In this document: piece by piece, positions 12,801-24,914 of the stretch
Layout of the letters: each line of letters begins with the position of its first letter
Position numbering within the stretch: the first letter of the stretch is position 1
Source: Styela clava
Taxonomy: Eukaryota
Length of the DNA: 64,000 nt
Reading direction: 5' to 3'
NCBI RefSeq assembly: GCF_964204865.1
Contig: NC_135262.1
Span: 16,926,001-16,990,000, forward strand
Notes under the pieces: model-generated
Told to the model about the DNA's origin: nothing
Database searches by the model: none
What the model saw: only the letters and a program-made list of their open reading frames with translations
Position numbers and translations under genes: made by a program

Positions 12801-15800
12801 AATAATTGCATTCACCATAAACGCACACGTACGTTCATTTGTAGTGTTCCAAAGAATACAAATTATTGCGAATAAAAATGGAAAATTGATTGAACATTTA
12901 GCACAATTATTAGATTCTATTTCATACAGTCCAGGAATAACATGGTGACGCTAATTTTAATAGGGCTCGTTTGGAACTGACAATGAACAAAAGGGCACAT
13001 TGTGCGCGAAATTAACAGTGCTTTTCGTCTGCAGTGGGTACTGAGCAAAATACGTCTTCCATGCACGCGAAATTATTGTGATTACATGATTTGAAATAGC
13101 GTGGGTGATGTCAATTTTAGAATAAGGGGAAATTATGAATGTTTAATTTCGTCATTTTTTTGTCGTCGTCACGAGAATACAAATCCAGAAGTCGTTGTCG
13201 CTAGGAAAGTTCTTTCACTAGGGTAAACTAGGAAAGTTCACCCTGAAGCGTAGATAAGTCGGTGAGTCGGCACAAGATATGAGAAAATATAAAATTGACA
13301 AACTCGTAACACCTTTTTCAGACTTGGTATTCCTCCATTGGGAGTCAGAAATTTAGGCTGCGGATTCACTTTTCTAAAGTATCGTCAACTGCTCGTCGCC
13401 GATATTTGTGTAATTACGTTTTTTTTGTCATTGGAAATAGAATTTCGCCAGGAAAAATACTAATTATCGGCGTCTTCGTGGCGCAATACGTACGTTAGTA
13501 CATAATACAATACATCATAGAGATGTTTCACCGCACGCGTCTTTCGAAAGTTTCAAATAGGGGGTGTCGGCCTTAAAACCTTGACTGCTGATTGGTTCCC
13601 GTGTTCCTTGTAACTAGGGTTACCATATTTTTTTGACTTCAAAGCGGGACGCCTCCAAAGACACGACCCCTTAGCTGTGATCCTGTAATTTTACAGTTTC
13701 CAATTTTACTACATAGGTCTGAATTTAAAGCCATCCCGGCTGTTTTCATTGACCATATTGTCATCGAGAGTTCATGCGCATATTCTTTGTCTAAATATCG
13801 GGTTCAGTTCGAAAAATAAAAAGGAATAGACGCTAACGATACAAATGATCCTAATTTAGATTTTTTTATGTAGAGCAGAAGGAATAAAGAATAATGAAAT
13901 AGTCTGCTGTTTTCGAGCATTGAGAATTAACTTTTTCGCCCAAGCATGCTTTTTTGTAGATAACAACTTCAAAACGACGTTGTTCAATGTTGCTTTCGCG
14001 TGAACATCGAAACAGGACCAATTAGAATTGATTTTACATGTGATACGTTCGCTAACAATGTTAGCGGGAAACAACGAAGCAAACAAAATGACGCATTCAC
14101 CTTCAGTAAGTAGGCTAGCGTTGCGCTACACAGCAATGACGGCAACGAGAACATGTTCGTGTATTATGCTGAATGACTGAATGCCAAAGCGGGACTTTTG
14201 AATGAATTGTCGGGACAAAACGCTAAAAAGCGGGACTTTTGGCTGACTTGTCGGGACGGCGGGACAAAACGCTGAAAAGCGGGACTGTCCCGCCTAAAGC
14301 GGGAGTATGGTAAGCCTACTTTTAACCAACATACAGTTGTGAATACTGCACTGAAAGAAGTAGCAAAATACACGTCGAGGAGTCACAGCCACACCTCTTA
14401 CCCGTAAAACCCCAACTCGGTGAAACGTCGCCGTATTGTTACCCTACTGCTTTATGCAAAAGATAATACATGTTCCATATTCCTGTCGACATTTCAGGTT
14501 GCCGACTACCTCACCGGTGAATTTTATGCTGATAATTACTCACTACAGCATCGTTTGGACATCCTTGATGTGTTGACTTCTGCAGCCGGGATTCTTTCAG
14601 CAACTGAAAAAATTGACGAAGTGAAAAATGATTCTATCCAGCTTAAAAGCAATTCTTCAGAAGTAGAACAACAGGAATCTTGGAGAGAAATCGTTGACAG
14701 ACGTATTGAAAGCAAGACGAGGCGCTTTGGAAAAGTATGTTGAAATAAACTTTCTAATTTTCAAATCATAATGATTCAAATTATAATATACAACTGGGGG
14801 AAGCTGATATGTCTGCTCAATGCAATGCAGGACTATGACCCCTGCTACCAGTCCACAATCAGTACACATATAGGCAGTTTATTTTGAGCTCTGTGTTGTG
14901 ACACGGAATATAAGTTTAAAATAATCACAAGGAGATACTCTCTTTATCGGAGCATTGTCATAATGCATTGTTACGTAACGACTTAGAAACAAGACCATTT
15001 ACGTTTAACTTTGGCTTTAAGTTTCCGATCATTATGATAATGCATTAATAGGCTTTAGGCTTGTAAGAAATGTGTTAGTACATAATATTGTCTTCAAAAC
15101 CAGACCAACAGCAAATGCAATTTCCCTTCAAACCTAAGCATGCAGAAAGTTGCAAATTGCAATACATGCAAAAAAAAATTTTTGTCAGTAAAAATATGTC
15201 CAACTGTACATTTATTTACTTATGGCATGTTGGTTGGAATTTTTAATATGTTTATAAATTTGATTTGATCTTGATAATGCGAACAATGAATTATACACCA
15301 TTTACCTCTTCAACTATGACTAATATTTTTATTTAGGGAAAAAAGAAGATATCAATACCCAGAGAAAATAAATTCGGACAGGTTGCAGGATGTTTTTTCT
15401 ATCCACTAATATCTGCTTACGATAAACGACTGAAAACAATGGATTTAATGGGAAATGATTCGATCGTTCTTGGACGATTATTGTACTCTGTCGGAACTAT
15501 CGTTTATTCTGCAACGAACACATTGGTAATGAGGTCCTATATTAATATATTTAATAATACCGGCATTTGTCTCGTATAACCCAGGGGCGGGCATGGTTTT
15601 TGCACTGCGGGCCAAAAATTTTGCCCACCTTGACTGGAGGGTCATGTTAGTGTGAGGTAAAAAGTTTCCCTTTAAGAACAATATTTACAGTGTTACGGAA
15701 GCAAAAGTGGAAAACAATAAGCCTTGTGCTAAAACTAAGTTTAATTGCAATCTCAACAAATTCCTTGAGCTAATTTTAAGCTGAAACATCAAAATTGGGT

Positions 15801-16528
15801 TTACCTTGGTTGCGGCAGCATCGGCGAGCCAAATTCAAGTACCCAATGGGCCGGATTTGGCCCGCGGGTCGTTGTTTGCCCACCCCTGTAACCCCCTGAT
15901 TTGGAAGCGTTTAACGTTAGCTGTTCAGGCATAAGTACCTGATGCAAACTGTACTTGTGACATCCACATCCTAAGTTTGCTGCACTGCTCGCTCTTTATA
16001 TCTAAAGCAGTACAAGGAAATAGTCCTATAGTATTAGCATTATGATGGCCCATCGTTTTCTCGCTTGAAATTTAAAAAAAAAATTTTTTTCATTCCGTTT
16101 TGTTTTTAATTTTTATTTGGTTTCTAAAAAAAAAATTTCATTTCGCGCGTGACAAGGATGGGCCACCATATAGCATGCTCAACTTCATATATGGTATGAG
16201 ACAATAATATTGGTAAGGAAATAAATAAGGCTATGTTTTATTATTCTCACAGGCTGTCAACTCTATGGCTACTTCACTATTAGAATTTGTAATACAAGTA
16301 CAATTTCACTCCGAAGCGTATGTTCGCCAAGCTGCCCTTTTCTGTGTTTCAATGGCAGTAATCAGCGCCGGTCGAAATCTAGTAAAGTTGGACATAATGG
16401 GTGAAGTTACTGACTGGATTCACGAAACTATGTATAAGGACGTGAATACTAAAACTAGAGAATTAGCTGCTCAAACAGCTTTCATGATAAAGAACTATTT
16501 TTCTAAAGAGCTTGAAGTCAACAGATGA
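3822..16528 (+). CDS. TELO2: Telomere length regulation protein TEL2 homolog (TTT complex); 14 coding exons, about 880 aa
   Basis: Manually spliced GT-AG exons with consistent phases: 3822-3944, 4558-4766, 5272-5529, 5853-6007, 7492-7639, 8132-8303, 9010-9151, 10278-10404, 11149-11509, 11885-12013, 12083-12199, 14498-14734, 15337-15525, 16253-16528 (2643 nt). TEL2 motifs: HLDSTDPKIRRLGMIAGE, SDSDEDDDLHPYDLSND, KAPMYIRDCMEGL, EFYADNYSLQHRLDILDVL, IESKTRRF, NKFGQVAGCFFYPL. AATAAA at about 16540. Confidence 0.93.
4145..4330 (+). mobile_element. SINE, 5'-truncated copy
   Basis: CGCTGGTCGG..GCTTCCTCCACCATCAAGTCCATGC...CCGGACGAGAGG...AAGCCGTCTTATC matches the copy at 35050-35385. Confidence 0.75.
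4850..5157 (-). mobile_element. tRNA-derived SINE, near full length (TELO2 intron 2)
   Basis: Minus strand reads TGGCGCATCG (A-box-like) and GCAGGTTTGAATCCTG (B-box-like), with body and tail (CTTTCCTCTCCCC..GGACAAATATGTAAATC) shared with other copies in the window. Confidence 0.8.
6178..6779. mobile_element. TIR MITE, Sola-like, inserted in the tail of a SINE fragment (6055-6177 and 6780-6795)
   Basis: Imperfect TIRs CGACGCATGAAATCCAAA..GCTAAGTCCA and TGGACTTAGC..TTTGGTTTTGAGGTGTCG, ATAT on both sides (AWWT-type TSD), and internal GGACTTAG/CTAAGTCC repeats. Confidence 0.65.
10720..11047 (-). mobile_element. tRNA-derived SINE, full length (TELO2 intron 8)
   Basis: Same family: TGGCGCATCATGCTAAG...GTAGGTTCGCAG on the minus strand and the same tail. 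Confidence 0.8.
13615..14318. mobile_element. Non-autonomous hAT element (TAGGG termini)
   Basis: TIRs TAGGGTTACCATA / TATGGTAAGCCTA; TSD CTTGTAAC/CTTTTAAC (7 of 8); subterminal GCGGGAC repeats. Confidence 0.8.
15582..15888. mobile_element. hAT (Charlie/Buster-type) MITE
   Basis: CAGGGGCGGGCA ... TGCCCACCCCTG termini and GCGGGCC motifs; TSD degenerate. Confidence 0.7.
16044..16167. mobile_element. Miniature copy of the GGTGGCCCATCG foldback family
   Basis: GATGGCCCATCGTT ... GACAAGGATGGGCCACC termini match the element at 17456-18720. Confidence 0.65.
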
Positions 16529-16898
16529 TTGATGATGGAAATAAACGTTGTTTTAATGAAGAAAAAATAGTGTTTTATTATGCCGTCCACATCGCTTTTG
16601 GTGGTACTTGTTCGCTTGGGTCCCAATAATTGTTTTGTCCAGGTTGTTTTCAGTTTAAATGCAACATCTTTCTTGGTAGATGTTTGTTGTTGGCAAATAA
16701 TATTTAACGTAAACAACGAACTACAAAGGCATCTAAACAAGGAATGATTACACGTATTACAATGTGCTTGAATAGGCAACTGCAAAATGGACGACACGCA
16801 TGGACAAGTTGATTAGAAAAGGTTTTCTTATGGATTAGAGAGAGAAAGGAAAACCTAATAAACAGGCGACACCAATTTCTCTTGTCGAGAAACAGATA

Positions 16899-17188
16899 AA
16901 CGAGAATATCGGTCGGAGACCGAAGACTTATCAATCGAAGGTTAGGGATCCCCAAAACAGTGCTCTTACTCCATAGTGACACCGTGTGTCCTATCACTAA
17001 TTAATCAATAACTCGCTAATTATACGACATAATTCATGGAAAATCAATAGGCTTCTGATCCGAGCTATGATGAATGCACATGCAAAATTTGGAGCAGATT
17101 CAACTTCGCTTTCGTGAGATATCGCGTACATCTAACAGACATACAAATATCTATCAACATACTTACCGATCTTAAGATCGATAAGTAA
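16899..17188 (+). mobile_element. Helentron-associated non-autonomous element (HINE/DINE-1-like)
   Basis: Subterminal inverted repeat ACTTATC(G/A)ATC...GATCGATAAGT, ACAG microsatellite and 3' stem-loop ACTTACCGATC-TTAA-GATCGATAAGT; five copies in the window. Confidence 0.7.
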
Positions 17189-17455
17189 AAATGATATATA
17201 AATATTACAATATTTGAAATTTCTATCATTGTGTGAATAAACCTGACTGCTCGGGTGGGTAGACTGCCCACTTCTATGTGTCTTGGTCGGGTATTTTTCT
17301 GACCCTTGTTATCTCAAACGCTCTAAAGCCCGATTTCTTTCTAACGCGAAGGTTTTTTCTCTTTCTGTTTGACCTTCGAAGCGACGGATGTTACTTTCAT
17401 TGGGGGTAATCTTTTGCTGGCTTTAGATTCGGATTTACGTTCTTCATATATGTAT

Positions 17456-18720
17456 GGTGGCCCATCGTTGTCACGCGTAAAATTGAAAATAAAAATAAAA
17501 AATAAAATAAAAAACCGATAATAAANNNNNNNNNNNNNNNNNNNNNNNNNNNNNNNNNNNNNNNNNNNNNNNNNNNNNNNNNNNNNNNNNNNNNNNNNNN
17601 NNNNNNNNNNNNNNNNNNNNNNNNNNNNNNNNNNNNNNNNNNNNNNNNNNNNNNNNNNNNNNNNNNNNNNTGGTCCGCCTCGTGGCCCATCGTTGTCACG
17701 CGTTTTTATTTTTAGAAAATTTGCTTCTGCTTGGGACCAACGTTGTCAGGCATAATCCTACGCGCACAAATGTGTTCCCTGGGTTTCAAACTCACTACTG
17801 ATTTTCTTGAGCAATATTCAATATGAAAATGTTCTATAAATTCTCCATGCTACAAGTTCAACAAGAAGTAATATATTTATAATAATGACAAGAGAATATA
17901 GAATTGAATACGAAAATTTGTTTTTACGTGTATAAGGTAATTTAATTGGAGAATGCTGCTTAACTACTCAGTTGTCTGGACACTCGCGATGCCGGTACCG
18001 TACCGTCTTACCAAATACCGGTAGTCGGTTATAGTCGCTTTGCGTCTGACCGTACCGGTAGCCATACAATCACTCATCATCTCCCATTCTTTCACGAGTG
18101 ATTGCATGGGTACCGGTACGGTCAGACGATACCGTACCGGCATCGCACGAGTGTCTGAGCAGTTAAGCAGCATTTTCCAATTAAATTACCTTCTACACGT
18201 AAAAACAAATTTTCGTATCCAATTCTATATTCTCTTATCCTTATTATAAATATATTGCTTGTGGTTGAACTTGTAGCATGGAGAATTTGTAGAACATTTT
18301 CATGTTGAATTTATTGGATATTGGTCATGAAAATCAGTAGTGAGTTAGAAACACATTTGTGCGTGTAGGATTAAGTCTGACAACGTTGGTCCCAAGCAGC
18401 ATCAAATTTTCTAAAAATAAAAACGCGTGACAACGATGGGCCACGAGGCGGACCATCGTTGTCAACCTTTTTATTTNNNNNNNNNNNNNNNNNNNNNNNN
18501 NNNNNNNNNNNNNNNNNNNNNNNNNNNNNNNNNNNNNNNNNNNNNNNNNNNNNNNNNNNNNNNNNNNNNNNNNNNNNNNNNNNNNNNNNNNNNNNNNNNN
18601 NNNNNNNNNNNNNNNNNNNNNNNNNNNNNNNNNNTTTCACAACTATTTTTTTATTTTCGCTTTTTCATTTTATTTTTTCATTTTTTTTTAAAATTTTACA
18701 CGTGACAACGATGGGCCACC
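17456..18720. mobile_element. Foldback (near-complete palindromic) element containing two assembly gaps
   Basis: Termini GGTGGCCCATCGTTGTCACG / CGTGACAACGATGGGCCACC; arms complementary to a loop at about 18076-18094; N-gaps placed symmetrically at 17526-17670 and 18477-18634. Confidence 0.85.
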
Positions 18721-19064
18721 ATATATATGTATATCATCGTGTTTGCTAATTTTCTCCTTCAAGCATTTCATATGTAGATGTACAGACGAGGTTGCATAGC
18801 AGGATTGTTATGTTGCACTTCTGATTTTTTGTTGTCACTTGAGTGCTGTGGTAAATTCGCAAATTGACCTCGCCGGGTCCGAATGCTGGCCTAGTTCGTA
18901 TAGTCGCGATCGTTCCATCTAATGGACGCATGCCCGAACCAAGTATTAAAATTCCCTCAATACGAGTTATCCGTCGTTAGAAATGAAAGCAACGTTTAAA
19001 TATCGTGAAACATGCACGTCGTTGGTTCATTTTTTAAAGGGCGAGTTTCTTATATATCAAATGT

Positions 19065-19234
19065 GGTGACCGTATATTTGCACCGGTATATCCGCGGTTT
19101 CAATCTATATGCGGGTGCTAAAATCCATGGGTTAGGGTTAGTATGGGTTCAAATATCCGTAAAACAAAAATTTCCATAGGTGCAATAGGTAAATTACGGG
19201 TGCAAATGTACGTGGGTGCAACTGTAATAGAACC
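19065..19234. mobile_element. MITE with GG..CC ends and 9-bp TSD (MULE/Merlin-like)
   Basis: Perfect TSD ATCAAATGT, internal GGGTTAGGGTTAG; sister copy at 44450-44651. Confidence 0.8.
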
Positions 19235-19585
19235 ATCAAATGTGAATCAACTCTAGGCATTCTATCCAGTCAGGTATCCAATGTTTCGCTGACTGGAAGA
19301 CCGTTGGTTTAGGCTTTCGCGACCCCACGACAACAACGAAAACAATTTTTTGGACACTAACTTGTGTTAAAAGAATATCGATCCAATTTATAGTACTTGA
19401 ATCCCAACTAGTACTGAGACTCGTGATCACCGCGACCCAAGATTCGTTTTTTACGAGAAAATGCAAGCACATCGGCTCACTGAAGTTCGTGAGGGTCACG
19501 AAAAAAATGGGCCGTGACAAAAATAAAGTTCAAAAGAACACTGGTATAGGCAGGCTACTAGTACCCGCGACAATATCCTCTATGT

Positions 19586-19979
19586 CAGCAGATCCCAACC
19601 TTTTTTTCGTGCGACTCAAATTTTGTACAAAATAAATTTAGTGAAATCTCGCGACCCAGAAATATGCTTATTGCCTCTCTGGCCGCAAAATTGAATTAAT
19701 AATGTAAGACTATTTTTCGCCTCACTATTGATCTCCAGATTATATATTATTTGCTCGCATTAGCGATTTTTTGAATTAGTGGTGTTAGTATGCATGTTTT
19801 TACACTGTGACGCTTCCCACGTATACAATCACTTTGAGCAACATTTCAGTACGAAATAAACAATAAAATGTATTATAAAATGAAGAAATAACGAAAGTTT
19901 TTGTTTAAAAGACAAGCGACCCAGAAGAATTTTCAGGCGACCAAGCTTTCGGTCGTAACCCATAGGTTGAAAAACACTG
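19586..19979. mobile_element. hAT MITE (CAG..CTG), older copy
   Basis: GCGACCC motifs; TSD CTCTATGT/CTCCATCT; related copy at about 43263-43680 and a related fragment at about 19270-19543. Confidence 0.65.
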
Positions 19980-21983
19980 CTCCATCTGATCTACAAATAT
20001 AGACAAATTTGGCAACGTGCTTATGACAGGTTGATGTATTGTGACTAGAATGTTGTCGTTTGCGAAATTTGGAAATTGTAGCGGCGAGTAGCGTTCTTTC
20101 ATTACGGGATGCATTTGCCTATATTTCATGTTTTTTCAATGGTTCATCAATCACTATCGACTCGTCTACAGTTGCTAAGGTTATTTATCACTTTGTGATT
20201 TGACAAATGTTTCCGGAAAGAACGAAAGTCATCCAATAAACCATCATTCCAAACTAATGCGTTTATAAGCAGCAATTAAAAATTATGGAATGGTGCAAAA
20301 GTAAAATTATTGATTTTCGATCAATCGATACAACAGCAATTGGCATATCCTTAATATGTTTCTCACAAAGAAGTTTCTCTAATTTTTTTTTTTCTTCTAA
20401 AATCAGTTTTACTTGCTTCTCCTCCTTCATCAACGAAGGTAGTTTTTTTAAATCATAAGAATATTTTTACAAAAAAATACGTGATTCATTTCAAATATTG
20501 TTCAAACTAATTAGATCTAACTTGCTAAACAATTCGCAAGCACACTTTTTGTGAGTTTTCATCGCAAAAAATGTAAACATTAAAATAAACGTATGCCCCT
20601 TCTTCTGTGTACGGCGCATGATATTAGTATAGGAGCTGGTCGATTCGAAACAATAAAGCTGGGGAAACCTCATGGGTAGCCTCACGATGCGATAAAGGAC
20701 AAGAGATCAATTCTCAAATATATGGACACTGCTATATGTCATCTTCTATCGGTACCGTAGTCTAACCCATTGAGCGCCCCAAACTTTTTGAAATAAATAA
20801 AATAGATAGCCTTCTATCGACAAATACAATCTTTAACCACTGAAAATTTCAAGCAATTGGTCCAGTAACAATTAATAAAAGAGAAAGGGGAGTTTTCATA
20901 ATAACAAAAAAAAGAATTCTAACAACAACATGATACCAAGGGTCGATTTGTTCAATGGCTTAGGTTCAGCGCCGGATTAACCATTAAACAATATAAGCAC
21001 GTGCTTGGGCACCAAGCAAAGAGGGGCATCACCGAAATTTTAGAGCAGAATTTCATACAGTTTATCGGTGTTTATTAAAATATTATGAGTTCACCAGACG
21101 AATCAAACTTTAAAATGTTCGCTTATTTTTCGTCTTCAAGTATCATATTTACTTTCTTTATTAAAAATAAACACTGAAACTTATTTATTGGACACGAAAT
21201 GAGCCTATGAGTCGTTTTCTCAAATTGTTGTTGTTTTTTCTTTCTAGTATTCTCCTTGTTGCTTCATTTTTGTTTTAAAAAAAATTCTTTTCTTTTCAAC
21301 AATTGGACCAATGAACTATTTACACTATGTGGCGGTTCCACGGTCGCATTTCAGCGATCTAGTGGTCAGCGAAGTCGGGAGTTTTTTGATAAGGTAGACC
21401 AGGGTGGTCCAAACCCTGTCATGCTGATACATTCCGTGCGACTCACAGAACAATTTTAGCGTATATTTGTATCTAATGGAGAAACGTTTTTGAGTTTTTT
21501 TTAGCTCTTCCAACTGGGGTTAAGATTCTGAGACTCAAACCCCTTTTTCTAACGCGTTGTGCCTTTATTTTAGTGAAAACACTCCTCTGTTTTCAAGCGT
21601 CGGCCATGTGACAGTAGTAACGAAACGCAGAGCCGACTTAACGCCGCGCCATCCATTTTTTCAGCTAGATCCCGAAATACCAACTTAGACGGACTTGGTT
21701 GGTATTTGACGATGGCACTAAGCTTGCTCACGCTGCAAGTTTTTAAATTACTCAATATAACAATTCGTAATAAAATGAGTGTCGCAAGAAGGTAACATAA
21801 GGAAAACACGGCGGAAACGTATTTCCTTGCCCATCACACAGTGTCTGGTTTGATTTCAAGTAACTTCTGTCACGAAACGATATAATTTGAAGCCACATTA
21901 AACGCGAGATGCGCAAAATACAACGGTAGTTCTCGGGAAACTTTAAAATAACTTTATAAGGCTTTATATATCTTCTTTAAAAG

Positions 21984-22962
21984 TAGGGATTTGTTCAAAA
22001 AGATTTGTTTTAAAAGAATTGTTTTAAATCAAGTTTTTTTTGCCTGTTTTGTTCAAAATGGCTGTACTATTTGATTTTTTTGTATTAAATAGGTTGAAGA
22101 AAAATGGATGTAAAAACTTGCCAAGCACTTCATATTTGCAACGAATCCATTAAAACGCCACAAATATCGATAGAGGCTCATACACACCTTCTCAAGCTGT
22201 AGTTCAGTGGTTGGCGCAGTGAGGTGCAACCGATAAGCCATTACGTGAACGGCCCTGCGACGAAACCACCTTGCGAAAATTGAAATGCGATCGAATAAAT
22301 GAGTTTGTATAACCTTGAAAAACTCTATCACTTCAACCTTTAAAACAAAGTATGCTAAGCATAACCGGACAGTATTAGCGTAATAATGCCTTCATTTTAT
22401 GAGAAAAATGTCAAAACATGAAATCGAAATCCATATTATGGCGTCATAACAAATTAGTTGTGGCGTCTTTGCAACAGAGAACTCTTACAATTAACATAGG
22501 CTAGGCTAGGGCGTGTCGTCGTTTATATCAGTGGATTGCCACCGATTTAAGCATATTCCTCATTATTGCAACCCACTCGATTTGTCGAAGGCTGCCTTCG
22601 ATCTAATTGCTTTGGTAGTAGCCAAGTGAGCTAAGTTTCATGATTTTTTTTACTCAAAACGTCTCTCTGATATCTCGGATAAACATTCCGGTTAAAATCT
22701 TATGACTTTGGTAGAGATACAAACGTGGCGATAAATGTACGCAATAAAAGTAATTCAAAATAAGAATTTGTACTTACATTTTTGAAATTATAATTCCAGC
22801 TGCGTGTGCAGCTGCCAGAATGCAACGTTTTGGCGTAGTTTCGCGGCGAAGCAAGGGGTATTTCAATAAAAACTACAAAAAATACAGAAAAAAATTGATT
22901 TAAAACAAGCCCTTGTTTTAAATCACGATGTTTTTTTCAGAATTGATAAAAACAAAACCCTA
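21984..22962 (-). mobile_element. Internally deleted hAT element with degenerate transposase remnants
   Basis: TAGGG...CCCTA termini and perfect TSD TTTAAAAG; minus-strand remnant TAPTTELQLEKV weakly resembles the hAT dimerisation motif. Confidence 0.7.
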
Positions 22963-23356
22963 TTTAAAAGAACGCCACCCATGCAACATAATAATAGTCT
23001 GAATATAACGGTAAACTTTCGTTGTTTGTTAAATTTAAAGTAAGTAAACTCGTGATATTTCGATCACCCTTGGGTTTTCTCCGACTTGCAAGACCTCCTC
23101 AAAAGTTTTTGCGGTCCTTCAACCTAGCAACCTTGAACCACCCTGACCTTGAACCTAGCAACCTTGAACCACCCTGAAAAAAAATTTTCACCGTTCCAGT
23201 TTTTTCTTTTTTTTAGTTTAGCCTTTCCAACGAGACAAACCATCGTCTGATATGATATTCTTTAGCGTCAGTCCACTGTAAAATATTCCTAACGTTAGCG
23301 ATTGGCTGTGCCTTCCAAATTTTGCCGTGGGATGGTCTGAAAGTATTTGTTTCCTA

Positions 23357-23967
23357 TGGGGAACAATGGACCGGGGTTCAGTGGGACATGCTCTACAGGG
23401 CACAATTCGACAGTGTTTGATACAATAAGTGCTTAGAGACTTAGAGATGCGTTATATTTTGTGTAATATAATGGTTTCTTTCAACCCATGGCCCAATATG
23501 GAATATATTCGAGAATCAATAATATTTCCAGATTTAGATTCGAGGAAGGAAATAATCAAATTTTTTTGCAAAATGTTTTGTCAAAATATCTGAACTATTT
23601 CAGTTGAACATTGATTTTAAAAATATACAATCTTCAAATTCGAAGTCTCCCCGTACTTTAGACGATTATGCTGATTAATTGCTTATTTTTAAGGGCATAC
23701 TTCGTTGAATGTTGACAGACTGACCCATTGTGCCCCAGGGTCTGTCCGATTGTGCCCCACAAGTGGGGTACAGTGGGACACTTGACAGACGTTTTTCAAA
23801 GCATTTTGGTAGTAAGATGTGTGTCGCAAGGGAATTTCTTTGTTGCTGAATAAAAACTACATTTACCCCTCTATGCATTAGTCCCGCAAACTTAAGAGAA
23901 TATGCAGAATTAACGGCTCAAAATATGCAAAAGAAAAAAAGTGTCCCAACCTTCCCCACTTTCCCCT
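23357..23967. mobile_element. Degenerate pogo-type MITE
   Basis: GGGGA..GTGGGACA / TGTCCCAACCTTCCCCACTTTCCCC ends followed by TA, with internal GTGGGACA repeats. Confidence 0.45.
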
Positions 23968-24914
23968 ACATTTTGGTATTTCGATTCACGTTGAGACTAG
24001 AGGCATGGATCTTTAATATCACACTCCTTCAGGATTAGAGCTCAACCGATATATCGGCCCGATATTGCGTGTTCGCCGATATATCATATCGGCAGTAAAC
24101 GGCCGATATATATATATCGGCTATATATATATGACAGTTAAAAATCTAAAAATGTTCGTGAAAGTTGTTTCACTTACTGTTGGTTGTGATTATTTTTAAT
24201 GGATAATACACTTATGTGGTTTATTGTTTTTATAATTAAATTACACATGAGGGTGCACCAAAGTCTTCAGTGCTTAGGGCACCAAAGGGTCTTAATCCAT
24301 CCCTGCTTCGAGTCAAGCCTAAGATCGTTATGTAGCGAATTAAAAGTAAATATTGAACACAAAATGGATATACAAATCGTTTTGTTCTTTTGGCTTTGTT
24401 GTTAGAATTCTTGTTATTTTTGTTGTGAAAAAATCGTTTTTTTTTACTTGACCAATTTCTCCGAAATTTTCAGTAGTCGTATTTTTCGCTAGAAGGCTAT
24501 TACTTTTATTTAGTTTAAAAATTTGAACTATGAGATTCCATTTTTGTGTGCGATGACGTCATTAAAATTTATAACATTGCGCAACTTGTGGTGGTCTCTC
24601 TTTCGCCAGGACTGTCCGAGTAGGCCTACCTGTAGTTTACCGTACTGTTCCACAGTTTCAGCTTCGTTCAGTATACCGTACGCTTTTCGGGTATTTTATG
24701 GTGAAATATTTCGTTTTGGCCTTCATGTCCATATATTTGAGCATTGCTTTCTTGTTGAAATCGAGAAGGGTTTATTATTACATATATATATACTATACAT
24801 TTTCCTGACAGATTTTCGTGAATTCGGTACGTAGAGAGCGAGAGTTTTTCTAGCCATGCACGAGAGTGGTGTTCTTCGGCTAATACCAATTATAACTGAA
24901 GATAAGTTCTAGTG

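Noticed and set aside
17397-18749. ORFs spanning the N-runs and the palindrome centre
   Set aside because: Artefacts of assembly gaps and inverted repeats.
20967-24305. One large hAT element defined by CAGCGCCGGATTAA / TTAATCCATCCCTG
   Set aside because: The flanks match only 5 of 8 as a TSD and the interior is a patchwork; the ends cannot be shown to belong together.
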